Translations under genes and position numbers: made by a program
Assembly: GCA_963677485.1 (NCBI GenBank)
Contig: OY781964.1
Span: 4,032,001-4,096,000 of the forward strand
Direction of reading: 5' to 3'
Length of the DNA stretch: 64,000 nucleotides
From: Armatimonadota bacterium
GTDB lineage: Bacteria; Armatimonadota; HRBIN16
Shown here: one piece after another, positions 38,542 to 49,216 of the stretch
Numbering within the stretch: the first letter of the stretch is position 1
How the letters are laid out: each line of letters opens with the position of its first letter
The notes under the pieces: generated by a model
Database searches by the model: none
Told to the model about the DNA's origin: nothing
What the model saw: the letters and a program-made list of their open reading frames with translations, nothing else

Positions 38542-41500
38542 ATGATGAGGATAGAACACTTGAACACTATACGATTAATGTGCGTCATGCTGGTGATGCT
38601 GTTGCTTGCGGGAAGTTATACGCCGGTGAGTGCGGCACCGAAGTCCATCAAAAGCTGGAGCTTTGAAAAAGGTACCCAGGGCTGGGCAGCCGGGCACGAC
38701 TGCACCGTAGAAGCCGCTGATGGCATACTCAAGATCACGAACAGCAATACCGAGCCGTTCGTCTTCAGCCCGACGCTGACCATCAACGCGCCGTTTGTCG
38801 TCAGGATCAAGGCCCGATCTACCAGTTCTGGTCAGGCACGTCTCTACTGGACGGTGAAGCTGCCCTCGCTGGTGTCATCAGCATGGGGTGAAGACGCGGT
38901 GGTCTACTTCGATGTCATCCACGACGGGCAGTGGCACGACTACGCCATACCGATCGACATTGATGGAGTGATCACGCAGCTCCGGCTGGATCCGGGCAAG
39001 GGCATCGGGAAGTTTGATGTGCAGAGCATCGAGCTGGAAACCCTCAGTGTGGAGGGCTCTGACGCCAAACCGGCTGCGAAGCTTGCTCCGATGGTGAAGC
39101 TGAAAAATGGTGCCATCACGCTGCAGCTTGATACCGCGAAGCACGTGTACACGATCACCGATCAGCGCACGAAACGGGTATGGCGCACGGCGTCAGCGGG
39201 CTCCATACGCTTGGTTGGTGTGAAACCTCTGAACTCATCAAGCATGGAACTGAGCTTGATTGACCGGACACAGCTTGCCAGTTACACCTGCATGGTCAGT
39301 TTAGACAAAAACGCCGCGGTTCGGTTCAAGATCACAGCCAAGGACAACAATTCGAAGCTGAACCGGATGAACTACCCTCCACGCCTGGAAACCGACCTGA
39401 AGCACGGTGCTCTGGTGGTGACTGAGCGATGCAACGGGCAGCTGGTTGACCAAAAAGATAAGCTGTTCCCGACCAGGAGCTTTGGATGCTACCAAAACCT
39501 GGGCTTGGACATGCCATGGATCGGCGTGACCGACACCGTGACGGGTGAAGGCGTCATGTCGTTGTTCGAGACACCCGCGAACGTGTTTGTGGATCTGCGG
39601 GAGGACGCGGCGGGTCGGATGTGGCCGCAGGTGCGATGGGCACCTTCTATGGGCAGCTTTTCTTACACCCGCAGCATGAAATGGCAGTTTCTGCCCAGTG
39701 GCGGCTATGTGGCCATGGCGAAAAGCTTCAGGGTTTACGCTCAGCAGACCGGGCTGTTCAAGACGCTGGCCCAGAAAAGTGCTGAACGTCCGAAGGTCGA
39801 CTGGCTGCGCGGTGCCACACTCATCTGGGGAAGCAACAGCAGCGTGGAGTTCGCGAAGCAATTGAAGGCCACGGGTATCCTCCGAGCCATGATCTACGGC
39901 CGGCCTGCGGCGGAAGTGTTGGCTGAAATCGGAAAGATGGGTTTTCTGACCGGCGAATATGACTGTTATACGGACATCCTGGAAGGCCCAGTGGGTATGA
40001 ACAAGGATGATGTCCAGAAGAACGCATACTGGAACACAGAGGGTAAGCCGGAACCTGGATGGCGCACGATGGAAGGTTTGCAATACTATACCCGTTCCAG
40101 TTCACGTGCGATTCAAGCGGCAGAGAGCTATGTGCCGGCCATTTTAAAGACATACCCTTTCAGCGGCCGTTTCCTGGATGTCTCGGCCGCTGTGGATTTG
40201 TATGAGGATCATCATCCGCAGCACACCTTCGACCGACGGCAGGACATGGCGTATCGGCGTGACTTGTATAAATACATGGCTGATCACGGCCTGGTAGTCG
40301 GCGGTGAGCATGGGAAAGCGTGGAACGCAGATATTCTGGACTACAATGAGGGCATGGCTAGCGGCCCGTTCTGGTGGGAGATGCCGGCGGGTTATCTGCT
40401 GCCGCCGAAGTCGCGAGATGAGATCAAGCCCAACTATCTGAGATACGGAGCCGTGTATGATAAGCAGATTCCGCTCTGGGAGCTGGTGTTTCATGACTGC
40501 GTTCAGTCGGCCTGGTACTGGGGCGACTCCAGCGACTACTACTACGCGGTGGCTCCCGAGATGTGTGACCGCAAGGAGCTGGTGAATATGCTCTACGGCA
40601 CCATGCCGTTGATGTGGGCGAACAATCTTGGGTATGGCTGGGACCGCAACCGTTCGCGCTTCGTGGAGACCTACTGGAAGACCTGCCGATTAAATGCGGT
40701 GCTGTTCGGGCAGGAGCTGAAACGGCATGAGTTCCTGAGTGCCGACCGTATGATTCAACGCTCGGTCTTCGCGAACGGTTCCACGACCGTGGTGAACTTC
40801 GATTCCAAGCCGCGCGCTTACGGAAAGCTGACGTTGGCTCCCAATGGGTTCACCGTCACCGCTCCAGGCATCACGCAATCCAAGCTGATGGTTGGCAAAA
40901 ATGTTGTTACGCGGGTGGATGGTAAAAACTACCTCTGGGTGCAGACAGAGGCACTGCAGCAGGTGGGAGCTGTGAAGATACAAGGTAAGCTCGGGTTGTT
41001 CCAAGCGAAGCCCGGCCAGTGGAACATCGTGCTGGACAGCCAGCATGAGACCAGCATAGACCTCGCCAAGTGCATCCCTCTGCCGAAAGGCGGGAGTTAC
41101 CGTGTGTTCCAGCTGAAAGAGGACAGCGAACCACTTCATGAGATGCCAAATGCTGTGAAGAACGGGAAACTGCTGATCCCTGGCGGCGACGGTCTGCGGT
41201 TACTCGGCGTGCTGACCAACGCCACCGGCAGGCTGATTGTGGCTCCACAATTTGGGATGATGCTATCGACGGACCAGGTGATGGTCTCAACCGGCGGTAC
41301 CGCTGGCGTGATTCGCTACACAGTGGACGGCAGCGATCCGACAGCAGCTTCATCTATCTACAGCAAGCCACTGCCGTGCGAATGGACGAAGCTTAAAGTG
41401 GGCCTGTTTGTGAGTAGCAAACGTGTTGGGCCGGTGGTGGAAGGCAGTTACCGGCGGCTGGCGTTCCAGAGCCCGATTTGCCGCTTCGGCGAACCGGCAG

Positions 41501-41883
41501 TCAGCGGTGTGATGTCAGTTAAAGGCGCGCACAAGATTACATTGCTGGTAGATGATGCCGGAGATGGTCCGGCGAATGACCGTGCGATATGGGCGGACGC
41601 CAAGCTGTTCACCTCCGACGGTCAGATGGTCTACCTCAGTGACCTCAAGCCGATCAGGGCGACCCAGAACTCGGGTCTGCTGGGATACAACCTCACCTTC
41701 GATGGCAAGCCGCTCGGGATTGGTCAGGTTGTCTACAAGAAGGGCATCAGCACCCATGCCGATTCGGACATCCAGTATGACCTGCAGGGCATGTATGAGC
41801 GGTTTGAGGTGCAAGTGGGCTCGGATATCTTGGTGGCGCCGTTCAAGCAGGGCAGCGTGCGGTTCAAGGTAGTGCTTGACTAG
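38542..41883 (+). CDS. Secreted multidomain GH129/GH101-related glycoside hydrolase with Fn3-like and NPCBM domains
   Basis: 1113 aa; GGYVAMAK, YDCYTD, FLDVSAA, VVGGEHG, IPLWELVFHDC; IRYTVDGSDP; YLSDL..KGISTHA. Confidence 0.75.
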   Translation: MMRIEHLNTIRLMCVMLVMLLLAGSYTPVSAAPKSIKSWSFEKGTQGWAAGHDCTVEAADGILKITNSNTEPFVFSPTLTINAPFVVRIKARSTSSGQARLYWTVKLPSLVSSAWGEDAVVYFDVIHDGQWHDYAIPIDIDGVITQLRLDPGKGIGKFDVQSIELETLSVEGSDAKPAAKLAPMVKLKNGAITLQLDTAKHVYTITDQRTKRVWRTASAGSIRLVGVKPLNSSSMELSLIDRTQLASYTCMVSLDKNAAVRFKITAKDNNSKLNRMNYPPRLETDLKHGALVVTERCNGQLVDQKDKLFPTRSFGCYQNLGLDMPWIGVTDTVTGEGVMSLFETPANVFVDLREDAAGRMWPQVRWAPSMGSFSYTRSMKWQFLPSGGYVAMAKSFRVYAQQTGLFKTLAQKSAERPKVDWLRGATLIWGSNSSVEFAKQLKATGILRAMIYGRPAAEVLAEIGKMGFLTGEYDCYTDILEGPVGMNKDDVQKNAYWNTEGKPEPGWRTMEGLQYYTRSSSRAIQAAESYVPAILKTYPFSGRFLDVSAAVDLYEDHHPQHTFDRRQDMAYRRDLYKYMADHGLVVGGEHGKAWNADILDYNEGMASGPFWWEMPAGYLLPPKSRDEIKPNYLRYGAVYDKQIPLWELVFHDCVQSAWYWGDSSDYYYAVAPEMCDRKELVNMLYGTMPLMWANNLGYGWDRNRSRFVETYWKTCRLNAVLFGQELKRHEFLSADRMIQRSVFANGSTTVVNFDSKPRAYGKLTLAPNGFTVTAPGITQSKLMVGKNVVTRVDGKNYLWVQTEALQQVGAVKIQGKLGLFQAKPGQWNIVLDSQHETSIDLAKCIPLPKGGSYRVFQLKEDSEPLHEMPNAVKNGKLLIPGGDGLRLLGVLTNATGRLIVAPQFGMMLSTDQVMVSTGGTAGVIRYTVDGSDPTAASSIYSKPLPCEWTKLKVGLFVSSKRVGPVVEGSYRRLAFQSPICRFGEPAVSGVMSVKGAHKITLLVDDAGDGPANDRAIWADAKLFTSDGQMVYLSDLKPIRATQNSGLLGYNLTFDGKPLGIGQVVYKKGISTHADSDIQYDLQGMYERFEVQVGSDILVAPFKQGSVRFKVVLD

Positions 41884-41913
41884 CATTACCTATACCTAAC
41901 GACAATCCCCAAG

Positions 41914-41951
41914 GATAAGGGCGTATGGCTGAACGGTCATACGCCCTTATC
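41914..41951. repeat. Long hairpin (REP-like; possible terminator)
   Basis: GATAAGGGCGTATG..CATACGCCCTTATC perfect 14-bp stem about 30 nt after the stop; no U-tract. Confidence 0.6.
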
Positions 41952-42117
41952 ATATCGGTCTGAACGGTCGAATCTGTCGGCGTGAAAAACTAGTATTTCT
42001 GCTATATTTTGGCTTCAATGCGTATAAACCGATACTTTATCGTGTTTCGATATGGCATACTTGTGGCAGATACTGCCGCAGTGTAGAAGCGGCAGTTCAT
42101 CCTTGGAGGGAATCCGC

Positions 42118-43950
42118 ATGAAAATGCTGTCGAGTATTTTAGCATTGCTAGCCGCATCACAGTGTGTGATGGGTTCACCGGTGTTGTCCTATACCGCCAT
42201 AGGCAGTATTATCAAGGGAACACCGACGGTCACAGATATACCCAACGAAGCAGTCTTAACTCCGAATGCGGTCACACCGCCCTCTGCTGCGGCTGTCGGT
42301 GTGAAGCTGAACACCAATAAAATGCAGGCAGGTGAAGTCACATGCACATTCAAACTGGCAGGAACAGGTGATGCAGGAGGACGGGTTGGGCTACGTATGA
42401 ATCTAGGTGCAACATCAACCTCAGCTAAGTTTCATGTAAAGATAAACAGCAGGGTTGTGGTCAATTACGAGACAATCAGCGGTGGCGGAACACACATAGA
42501 ACAGGTGGCGATAGGTGACACCATTACAGTGCTAATCACTAATACAGCATCAGCCACTACCGCAAAGACTGCGTATGTCTGCCTGCAAGTAGCCGCGGCT
42601 CCCGGTGTGACGGTCATTGGATCCCTTAGCCCTGTGTATTCATCCCACAGTATCCTTGATGGAAGCACCTACACAGACACCGACCCATTTCGCGAGGGAT
42701 ATCAGATCATACAGGAAAAACCTCTGACCCTCAACTTCGCGGTGAATTCCATTACCTTGCATAGGAATGATATGTTTCCGGCGTATAGTTATAATGGCAC
42801 CGGCTATCTGGCAGTGCCATCGATTTATACAGACGGTATCGGTTTTGAACGTATAGCCAAATTGGTCAGCGAGGATACCACCAGGGATTTCTACCACAGC
42901 AATATAGATACCTGGGCTGAAATACCCGCAGGAGGTAGCAGCGTGGTAAAAGACCTCGGTTCTCTGCCCGCGGTGGAAGTACCTACCATACCCAGCGGCA
43001 CCTGGTTCAAGCCACAATACCAAATCAAGCTCTATCAAAACTGCGGAATAGATACACCCGTCTACCAGCTCATAGATGACGAAACCTCGCCGCTACCTTC
43101 CACGCCGATACAAATGCTGAGTAAGCCGACGGTGACCGCGACAGGGCTTGAAATGACTGCTTTCCGCCGCGCCTATCCCACGGAGGTGCCGATCACCATC
43201 AAGTTTGGCTCTGTACCCGCAGCCGGAAAGCAAGTCATCGTTCAAGACGAAACCAACACCACATTGTGCAGCCGGATTCTGGATGCGAATGGCCAGACCA
43301 CTGTGCCGGTGGTCGTGCCGAGTAACTTCGTGAACGCCACGTTCGAACGGCGGATACGATGGATCAGCGACGAACCACTGTGGAATTCGGTCGACCTGAT
43401 CAAGGGCGGGTTGAGTGTCCGCAATAACTATAGCAACAGCCTTGCCGGTAGATTAACTCTGGAAGGCGGATGCTCCAATCCTGCGGATATCGCCTGCATG
43501 ATACGCCTTCAGAAGATGGCGGGTGTTGCTGTCGAATCCACCCAGTACCGATACCCGGTCATACTAGACAACGGTAATTACCAACTGCAAGATATCGATC
43601 CCGGCACATACCGCGTGCTGATTGCCCCCATCAAATACCAACTGGACAGCCCAGATAAACTCCGCTGGCTGAGCCTATTGCTTGGTGAAATGACTTTGGC
43701 GAACAGCAGTCAAAGCCTCGGCAACAACGCCAGTCTGCATTCAGGTGACATTGCCGGAGAGTACGGTGAGATCGGCACCCGTGATGATGAGGTAAACTTG
43801 GCTGACCTGACTGCGCTGATCGCAAGGTATGGCACCACCGTGCGCAGCAGCGCATGGAATGATGAGGCCGATATGGACGCCGACGGCGAGGTGACTCTGT
43901 ATGATGTCATGGTGATCGATCGCAACTTCATGGCCAGAGGCGACGATTAG
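42118..43950 (+). CDS. Secreted beta-rich surface protein with C-terminal dockerin-like (EF-hand) module
   Basis: Signal peptide; GNYQLQDIDPGTYRVLI (prealbumin/carboxypeptidase-regulatory-like); GD..DDEVNLADL and ADMDADGEVTLYD Ca-loop pair; GGAGG RBS. Confidence 0.7.
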   Translation: MKMLSSILALLAASQCVMGSPVLSYTAIGSIIKGTPTVTDIPNEAVLTPNAVTPPSAAAVGVKLNTNKMQAGEVTCTFKLAGTGDAGGRVGLRMNLGATSTSAKFHVKINSRVVVNYETISGGGTHIEQVAIGDTITVLITNTASATTAKTAYVCLQVAAAPGVTVIGSLSPVYSSHSILDGSTYTDTDPFREGYQIIQEKPLTLNFAVNSITLHRNDMFPAYSYNGTGYLAVPSIYTDGIGFERIAKLVSEDTTRDFYHSNIDTWAEIPAGGSSVVKDLGSLPAVEVPTIPSGTWFKPQYQIKLYQNCGIDTPVYQLIDDETSPLPSTPIQMLSKPTVTATGLEMTAFRRAYPTEVPITIKFGSVPAAGKQVIVQDETNTTLCSRILDANGQTTVPVVVPSNFVNATFERRIRWISDEPLWNSVDLIKGGLSVRNNYSNSLAGRLTLEGGCSNPADIACMIRLQKMAGVAVESTQYRYPVILDNGNYQLQDIDPGTYRVLIAPIKYQLDSPDKLRWLSLLLGEMTLANSSQSLGNNASLHSGDIAGEYGEIGTRDDEVNLADLTALIARYGTTVRSSAWNDEADMDADGEVTLYDVMVIDRNFMARGDD

Positions 43951-44108
43951 GGAGGATCACCAACCGGCATCACCAACCTACCAATTACGCAGGCAGGCGT
44001 ATACACTAATCATAGGTATCCACAAGCTGCGAGCTACTTGTCACCACGTGATGGTAGTGGTTGCGTGGCATATACCTAATATTGCTATACATTCATGGAG
44101 CGACATAC

Positions 44109-45134
44109 ATGCCTGCCGACTATACCCAGTTCCTTAAGGCCATCACGCGGACTGGCCGACCAGATCATCTGCCAGCTTACGAGCACATCGCCAGCTCGGG
44201 GTTCATCAGCCGCCGTCTGGGCAAAGAAATCAACGAGGTTCCCGCTGGCAGCCGTGAATACTGGCAGATGTTTGTAGATTTTTGGCTGGGCATGGGCTTT
44301 GATGTGGTGCCGATGGAGATACCGCTAAATTGTACTCTGGGCACGCCTGGTGGTGGTGGTTCCAGCTTTGGCAGCGAGTCACGGGTGGTGATTGCGAGCT
44401 GGGAGGACTTCGAAAAGTACCCATGGCCCGATGTCAGCAACCCGCTGGAATTCTCGCACTTCGACACCGTGGCGGAGCTGCTGCCCGAAGGTGCCAAAAT
44501 CGTGGGCGGAGTCTGCATGGGCCCATATGAGTGGCTGTCGGAGATGATGGGCACTATTGGACTTTCCTATGCACTCGCCGATGAGCCGGAGTTGGTGGAA
44601 GCTGTCGCGCACAAGATCGGTGAGCTGCACATCAGCGCCGACAAACAGATCGCCCAGATGGATGCGGTGTGTGCGCTTCGGCAGGGAGATGACCTTGGGT
44701 TCAACTCCGCCACATTCCTGAGCCCGGAGCTGCTGCGGAAGCTGATCTTCCCGACCTACAAGCAGATGGTGCAGGCCGCGCATGATGCCGATAAGCCTTT
44801 TGTGCTGCACTCCTGCGGCAACCTCACCCGCGTTTATGAGGAGCTGATTTCGGACATCAAGATTGACGCGAAACATTCCTATGAAGAGAAGATTACTCCA
44901 GTTGAGGTGTTCAAGAGGCAGTACGGTGACCGCTGCACTCCGATGGGCGGGCTGGATGTGGACTTCATCTGCCGCCGCAGCGAGCAGGAGATACGCGCCT
45001 ACACCCGCAGCAAGATCGATCAGTGCTTCGCGGACGGTTATTACACCATCGGCACCGGCAACTCGCTGACGGACTATATGCCGGTAGAGAACTACATGAC
45101 GGTTCTTGATGAGGCGAAACGCTACACAGCATAG
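44109..45134 (+). CDS. UroD/MetE-like family protein (MtaA/CmuA-type TIM barrel)
   Basis: WEDFEKYPWP, GDDLGF, FVLHSCGN, GGLDVD, MPVENY; lacks HemE RQAGR. Confidence 0.85.
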   Translation: MPADYTQFLKAITRTGRPDHLPAYEHIASSGFISRRLGKEINEVPAGSREYWQMFVDFWLGMGFDVVPMEIPLNCTLGTPGGGGSSFGSESRVVIASWEDFEKYPWPDVSNPLEFSHFDTVAELLPEGAKIVGGVCMGPYEWLSEMMGTIGLSYALADEPELVEAVAHKIGELHISADKQIAQMDAVCALRQGDDLGFNSATFLSPELLRKLIFPTYKQMVQAAHDADKPFVLHSCGNLTRVYEELISDIKIDAKHSYEEKITPVEVFKRQYGDRCTPMGGLDVDFICRRSEQEIRAYTRSKIDQCFADGYYTIGTGNSLTDYMPVENYMTVLDEAKRYTA

Positions 45135-45333
45135 CCGAATATGGGACACGCCTTCTTCGTGAGTGCTCGAAGAGGTAATATCATAGATTAGGTATCTTTG
45201 GATGCTAAGTTGTCGATATGAGCCCATGCAGTGACTCACTGGCGTGTTTAGTCATCTATGTCGCGCGATCGAACAAAGCGCCCACTCGATGGTGTGGGTC
45301 ACGGCTTCCATATATTCAGGGAGATATCGGCAG

Positions 45334-48300
45334 ATGAACAGATCGAAATGGGTGCTGGTTTTGTATGTGATGGCACTTTGTATATTCCATGTGACACCGT
45401 TACGGGCGGATGACGAGGGATATATCCACGACTGGCTGGCTTGCGGAGCCTTCCGCGGTGATGACATCCATAGCAGCCTCGACCCGCTCTTCGCGACGGA
45501 CACCTTCCCATCCTCGGGCGGGTATTCTGCAGGGAAGAGCTGGCAGCCGATCCGTGCGGACGCCATGCCGGTCGACTTCGCGAAGGCGCAGCTCAACTGG
45601 GATGCGAATGAACACTGCACCGCATATACTTCGGTCTATGTCTATTCACCAGATAAGCTGAGCACCACTTTATCGGTAGGCTGTGACGACAAGTATGCGG
45701 CCTGGCTGAACGGCGTTGAAGTGGGTCGAAGTGACGCCTGGCAGTCCTATGGCGTCAACTGGTATAAGCAAAACGTGACGCTGCGTGCTGGCTGGAACCT
45801 GCTGCTGATGCGTGTGACCAACGGCACCTCCTTCTGGCAATTCTCCGCGCGGTTTTTGGATACCAACGGTCAGCCGATCACCAACTTGAAATACCAGACC
45901 GATAACCCTGACCCTAATGGCCTGTTCCAACGCCGCACGCGGTTATCATCCGAACTGAAGATCATTTCAGCCAGTATGGACGGAAACGGCAGGATTGATG
46001 GACAAAAGCTGCTGGTGAATGTCCGGCTGAGTGTAGCCAACATCGGAGCCACCGCATCGGCAGCATATCGGGTTCAGGCTAAAGATGCAGGACAGTCGGT
46101 TTTGGGTGATGTGGAGTTACCCGCTTTGAACGCGTGCCGCGCCGAGACGGTAGTGCTGGGCATCCCATATGAGAATCTAGTGCGTGCCTCACTGCTGAGC
46201 CGGCAGGATATCACTGTCGAATGTGGGCAGTCGAGGATGACCGTGCCGGTCGCACAGACTGAGATCATGGCGATGCTGTTCCGGCCATTACGGTATGAAT
46301 GGACGGCGACGCTCAACGATGGCCAGATACTCGCTGCCAACACACTCTCTCAGGCGCAGCTCAAACAGGTGAAATCCTATCATATCAGGGAGATGCTTCC
46401 TGAGTTTGTCAGAAAATACCAGCTTTCCGCAGGGATTGACATCGGTTGGGAGTGTGTCGGTCGGATGCTGGTAAATGGTAAAGAGGTGAAGGACCATTTC
46501 TCCGGCGATTCGGGCGACATTGCCCTACCGATGACACACGCTGCGGACAACCGAATTGATCTATTCGTGCCTGTCAATGCCGGAGGCGCGCCGCGATACG
46601 ACAACGGCTGGCTGCGCGTGAGGATACCAGCGGTAGAGAACTATCTGAAGAGCTACCAATTCGCACAGATACTGCTCAAAAAGACCTCCGGATCCAGCAC
46701 ACCGGAGTTGAAAGGCATCCTGAGTGCGATCTTGACCGGTGACCCAGCAAAGATTGAGGCGGCTGTGAAGACCGCAAGCTTGCCGATCGATAAACTGGCT
46801 CCGTCTGCTAAATCTTACACCGCCCACATGCTGGGCCACGGCCATATCGACCTGGCCTGGTTGTGGCAGACCTCCGAAATGATACAGGTCACCAAAGACA
46901 CATTCAAATCGGCCCTCAGCATGATGGATAAGTACCCGGAATTCAAATACTCCCAAAGCTCCGCGGCGACCTACTGGTGGATGGAGCAATATGCACCCGA
47001 CACGTTGGCCCAGATTAAACAGCGGGTTACGCAGGGTCGTTGGGACCCAGTGGGCGGGATGTGGTCGGAGTGTGACTCCAACATGCCCTCAGGCGAGGCA
47101 CTGGTGCGCCAATTCCTGTATGGTCAGCGGTATATGAAGCAGCAGCTTGGCAAATCCGCCACCGCGGGCTGGGCACCGGATACCTTCGGGCACGCTTGGT
47201 CACTCCCTCAGATCCTGCGCAAAAGTGGGCTGGAGAGCTACACGTTCATGCGATGCCGCCCATCCGATGAGCCGTTTTGGTGGGTTGGTCTTGATGGAAG
47301 CCGGATTTTCTGCAGCCCGACCGAGAACTACAACAGCTCTGTGGGTGACTGGATCGGTGAACGGCTGGTCAAAAACGAGACGACGACTAAGGGCGGTAAA
47401 GACATCGCCGTGGTCTACGGTGTGGGTGACCATGGCGGCGGGCCGACGATGCGGGATATTGAGGCGGCCATTGAGCTGGACAAAACAAAGGTCTTCCCGA
47501 ATGTGAAATTCGACACCGTTTACCAGGCCAACAAGGCATTGAGGGCGCAAAAAGCGGAGTATAAATCCGTCAACTCCGAGCTGAACTTCATCTTCCAGGG
47601 ATGTTATACCAGCCAGGCTGACGTGAAGAAGGCGAACCGTCTGCTGGAAAATCTGCTTCCTCAAAGCGAGGCTTTCTCCGTGGTGGCACAGCGATATGGA
47701 GGCAGCTACCCATCGAAGGACATCTTTACCGCCTGGCGGCATACCCTGTTCAACCAGTTCCATGACATCCTGGACGGCTCGGGCATACACCCGATCTACG
47801 ATGATGGCGCGAAGGAATACCAGCAGGCGATCAAGCTGGGACAGTCTGCCCTCTCGCTGTCACTGGATACCATCACGCGCAACATCAAAGTGAGCGGCGA
47901 CTCGGTGGTGGTGTATAACCCGATGGCCTGGTCGCGCACCGATGTGGTGGAGCTTCCCAATCCGGGCAACGCAGACATCAGTGTAGGCGACCCTGGCGAC
48001 TGCCAGAAGGAAGATGGTAAGCTGGTGTTTATCGCACGCGACGTGCCTGCGATGGGATACAAACTGTTCCCGATCCGTCAGACGGCACCTGCCTCAGCGG
48101 CACCAGTGAAGTCTTCGGTGAGTGCCACGCTCGATCCGAAAACCGGCTGTATGAGCAGCGTGAAGGATGCGGCGGGCCGTGAGCTGCTGATCAGCGGCAA
48201 GATGGCCAACGATCTGTGGCTTCACCGCGAAACTGGCGACGGCTGGAATATCTACCCGACCGGTGTCATTGACAAGATCACCGCGAATGCCGATATCAAC

Positions 48301-49095
48301 GTCCTGGCGGAAGGTCCGGTGAGGTCGATCAAGCGGGTCACCCTTAAGCAAGACAAGACCGAGTATGTTCAGGACATCGTGCAGTATGCATCCCTGCCAC
48401 GGCTGGACATCCGCTACAAGGTTCGCTGGCAAGACCGCAAAACCATGTTGAAAGCCGATTTTCCGTTCGAGATCAAGGGCGCCACCGCCAGGTTTGAGAT
48501 ACCATTTGGAAGCATCGTGCGGGCCGCAGACGGCAATGAGGTGGTGACGCAGAAGTGGGTCGACCTGTCGAACAAGCAACATGGCGTGGCACTGCTGAAC
48601 GACAGCAAATACGGTGTCAGCGTGAGTGGGAGCACCATCCACATGACACTGCTGCGCCAGCCCATCTCTCCTGACCCTAACGGCGATGTGGGTGACCACG
48701 AGTTCGCGCTGTCGCTATATCCGCATGATGGTGACTGGGCAAAAGTCGATGTGGTGCGCAAAGGCTACGAATTCAACAACCCGCTGATCGCAGTGCGCAC
48801 GGCTGCCCATACGGGATCACTGCCGGAAGCGCATTCTTATCTGGAGGGCTCCGCCAATGTGGTGGTGACCGCCATGAAAAAGGCGGAAGACTCCAACGAT
48901 CTGGTGGTGAGGTTCTACGAACATGCTGGCGAGGCCTCAGAGGCCGTCATCACCCTTGACAGGCCGGTGGCCTCCGCGGTCGAGATGGACAACATGGAGT
49001 GGAAGACGCTGGGCAAACTGACGGTCAAGGGCAACCAGATCATCGCACCCATGAAGCCATGGGAGTATAAGACCGTGCGGATACGGTTGCGGTAG
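45334..49095 (+). CDS. GH38 alpha-mannosidase with N-terminal accessory beta domains
   Basis: GHGHIDLAWLW, GEALVRQ, WAPDTFGH, YGVGDHGGGPT, GCYTSQ, NQFHDIL, NDSKYG; signal peptide. Confidence 0.94.
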   Translation: MNRSKWVLVLYVMALCIFHVTPLRADDEGYIHDWLACGAFRGDDIHSSLDPLFATDTFPSSGGYSAGKSWQPIRADAMPVDFAKAQLNWDANEHCTAYTSVYVYSPDKLSTTLSVGCDDKYAAWLNGVEVGRSDAWQSYGVNWYKQNVTLRAGWNLLLMRVTNGTSFWQFSARFLDTNGQPITNLKYQTDNPDPNGLFQRRTRLSSELKIISASMDGNGRIDGQKLLVNVRLSVANIGATASAAYRVQAKDAGQSVLGDVELPALNACRAETVVLGIPYENLVRASLLSRQDITVECGQSRMTVPVAQTEIMAMLFRPLRYEWTATLNDGQILAANTLSQAQLKQVKSYHIREMLPEFVRKYQLSAGIDIGWECVGRMLVNGKEVKDHFSGDSGDIALPMTHAADNRIDLFVPVNAGGAPRYDNGWLRVRIPAVENYLKSYQFAQILLKKTSGSSTPELKGILSAILTGDPAKIEAAVKTASLPIDKLAPSAKSYTAHMLGHGHIDLAWLWQTSEMIQVTKDTFKSALSMMDKYPEFKYSQSSAATYWWMEQYAPDTLAQIKQRVTQGRWDPVGGMWSECDSNMPSGEALVRQFLYGQRYMKQQLGKSATAGWAPDTFGHAWSLPQILRKSGLESYTFMRCRPSDEPFWWVGLDGSRIFCSPTENYNSSVGDWIGERLVKNETTTKGGKDIAVVYGVGDHGGGPTMRDIEAAIELDKTKVFPNVKFDTVYQANKALRAQKAEYKSVNSELNFIFQGCYTSQADVKKANRLLENLLPQSEAFSVVAQRYGGSYPSKDIFTAWRHTLFNQFHDILDGSGIHPIYDDGAKEYQQAIKLGQSALSLSLDTITRNIKVSGDSVVVYNPMAWSRTDVVELPNPGNADISVGDPGDCQKEDGKLVFIARDVPAMGYKLFPIRQTAPASAAPVKSSVSATLDPKTGCMSSVKDAAGRELLISGKMANDLWLHRETGDGWNIYPTGVIDKITANADINVLAEGPVRSIKRVTLKQDKTEYVQDIVQYASLPRLDIRYKVRWQDRKTMLKADFPFEIKGATARFEIPFGSIVRAADGNEVVTQKWVDLSNKQHGVALLNDSKYGVSVSGSTIHMTLLRQPISPDPNGDVGDHEFALSLYPHDGDWAKVDVVRKGYEFNNPLIAVRTAAHTGSLPEAHSYLEGSANVVVTAMKKAEDSNDLVVRFYEHAGEASEAVITLDRPVASAVEMDNMEWKTLGKLTVKGNQIIAPMKPWEYKTVRIRLR

Positions 49096-49099
49096 GGTT

Positions 49100-49180
49100 G
49101 GAGAGGAGCCAAGGAGTAAGGAGAAGAGAAGAAAAGAAACTGCTCCTGTTCTCCTTTTCTCCTCTGCTCCTGCCTCCTCC
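49100..49180. repeat. Inverted GGAG/CTCC 8-mer tandem arms between convergent genes
   Basis: GGAG units at 49100-49123 facing CTCCTGTT/CTCCTTTT/CTCCTCTG/CTCCTGC (49143-49173); same 8-mer family as 20465-20496. Confidence 0.7.
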
Positions 49181-49216
49181 GAGCCCCATGTGGCTGCCCT
49201 GCACCCACGGCCAGCT

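Noticed and set aside
44109-45134. Calling the UroD-like genes hemE
   Set aside because: The HemE RQAGR motif is absent and there is no heme-pathway context.
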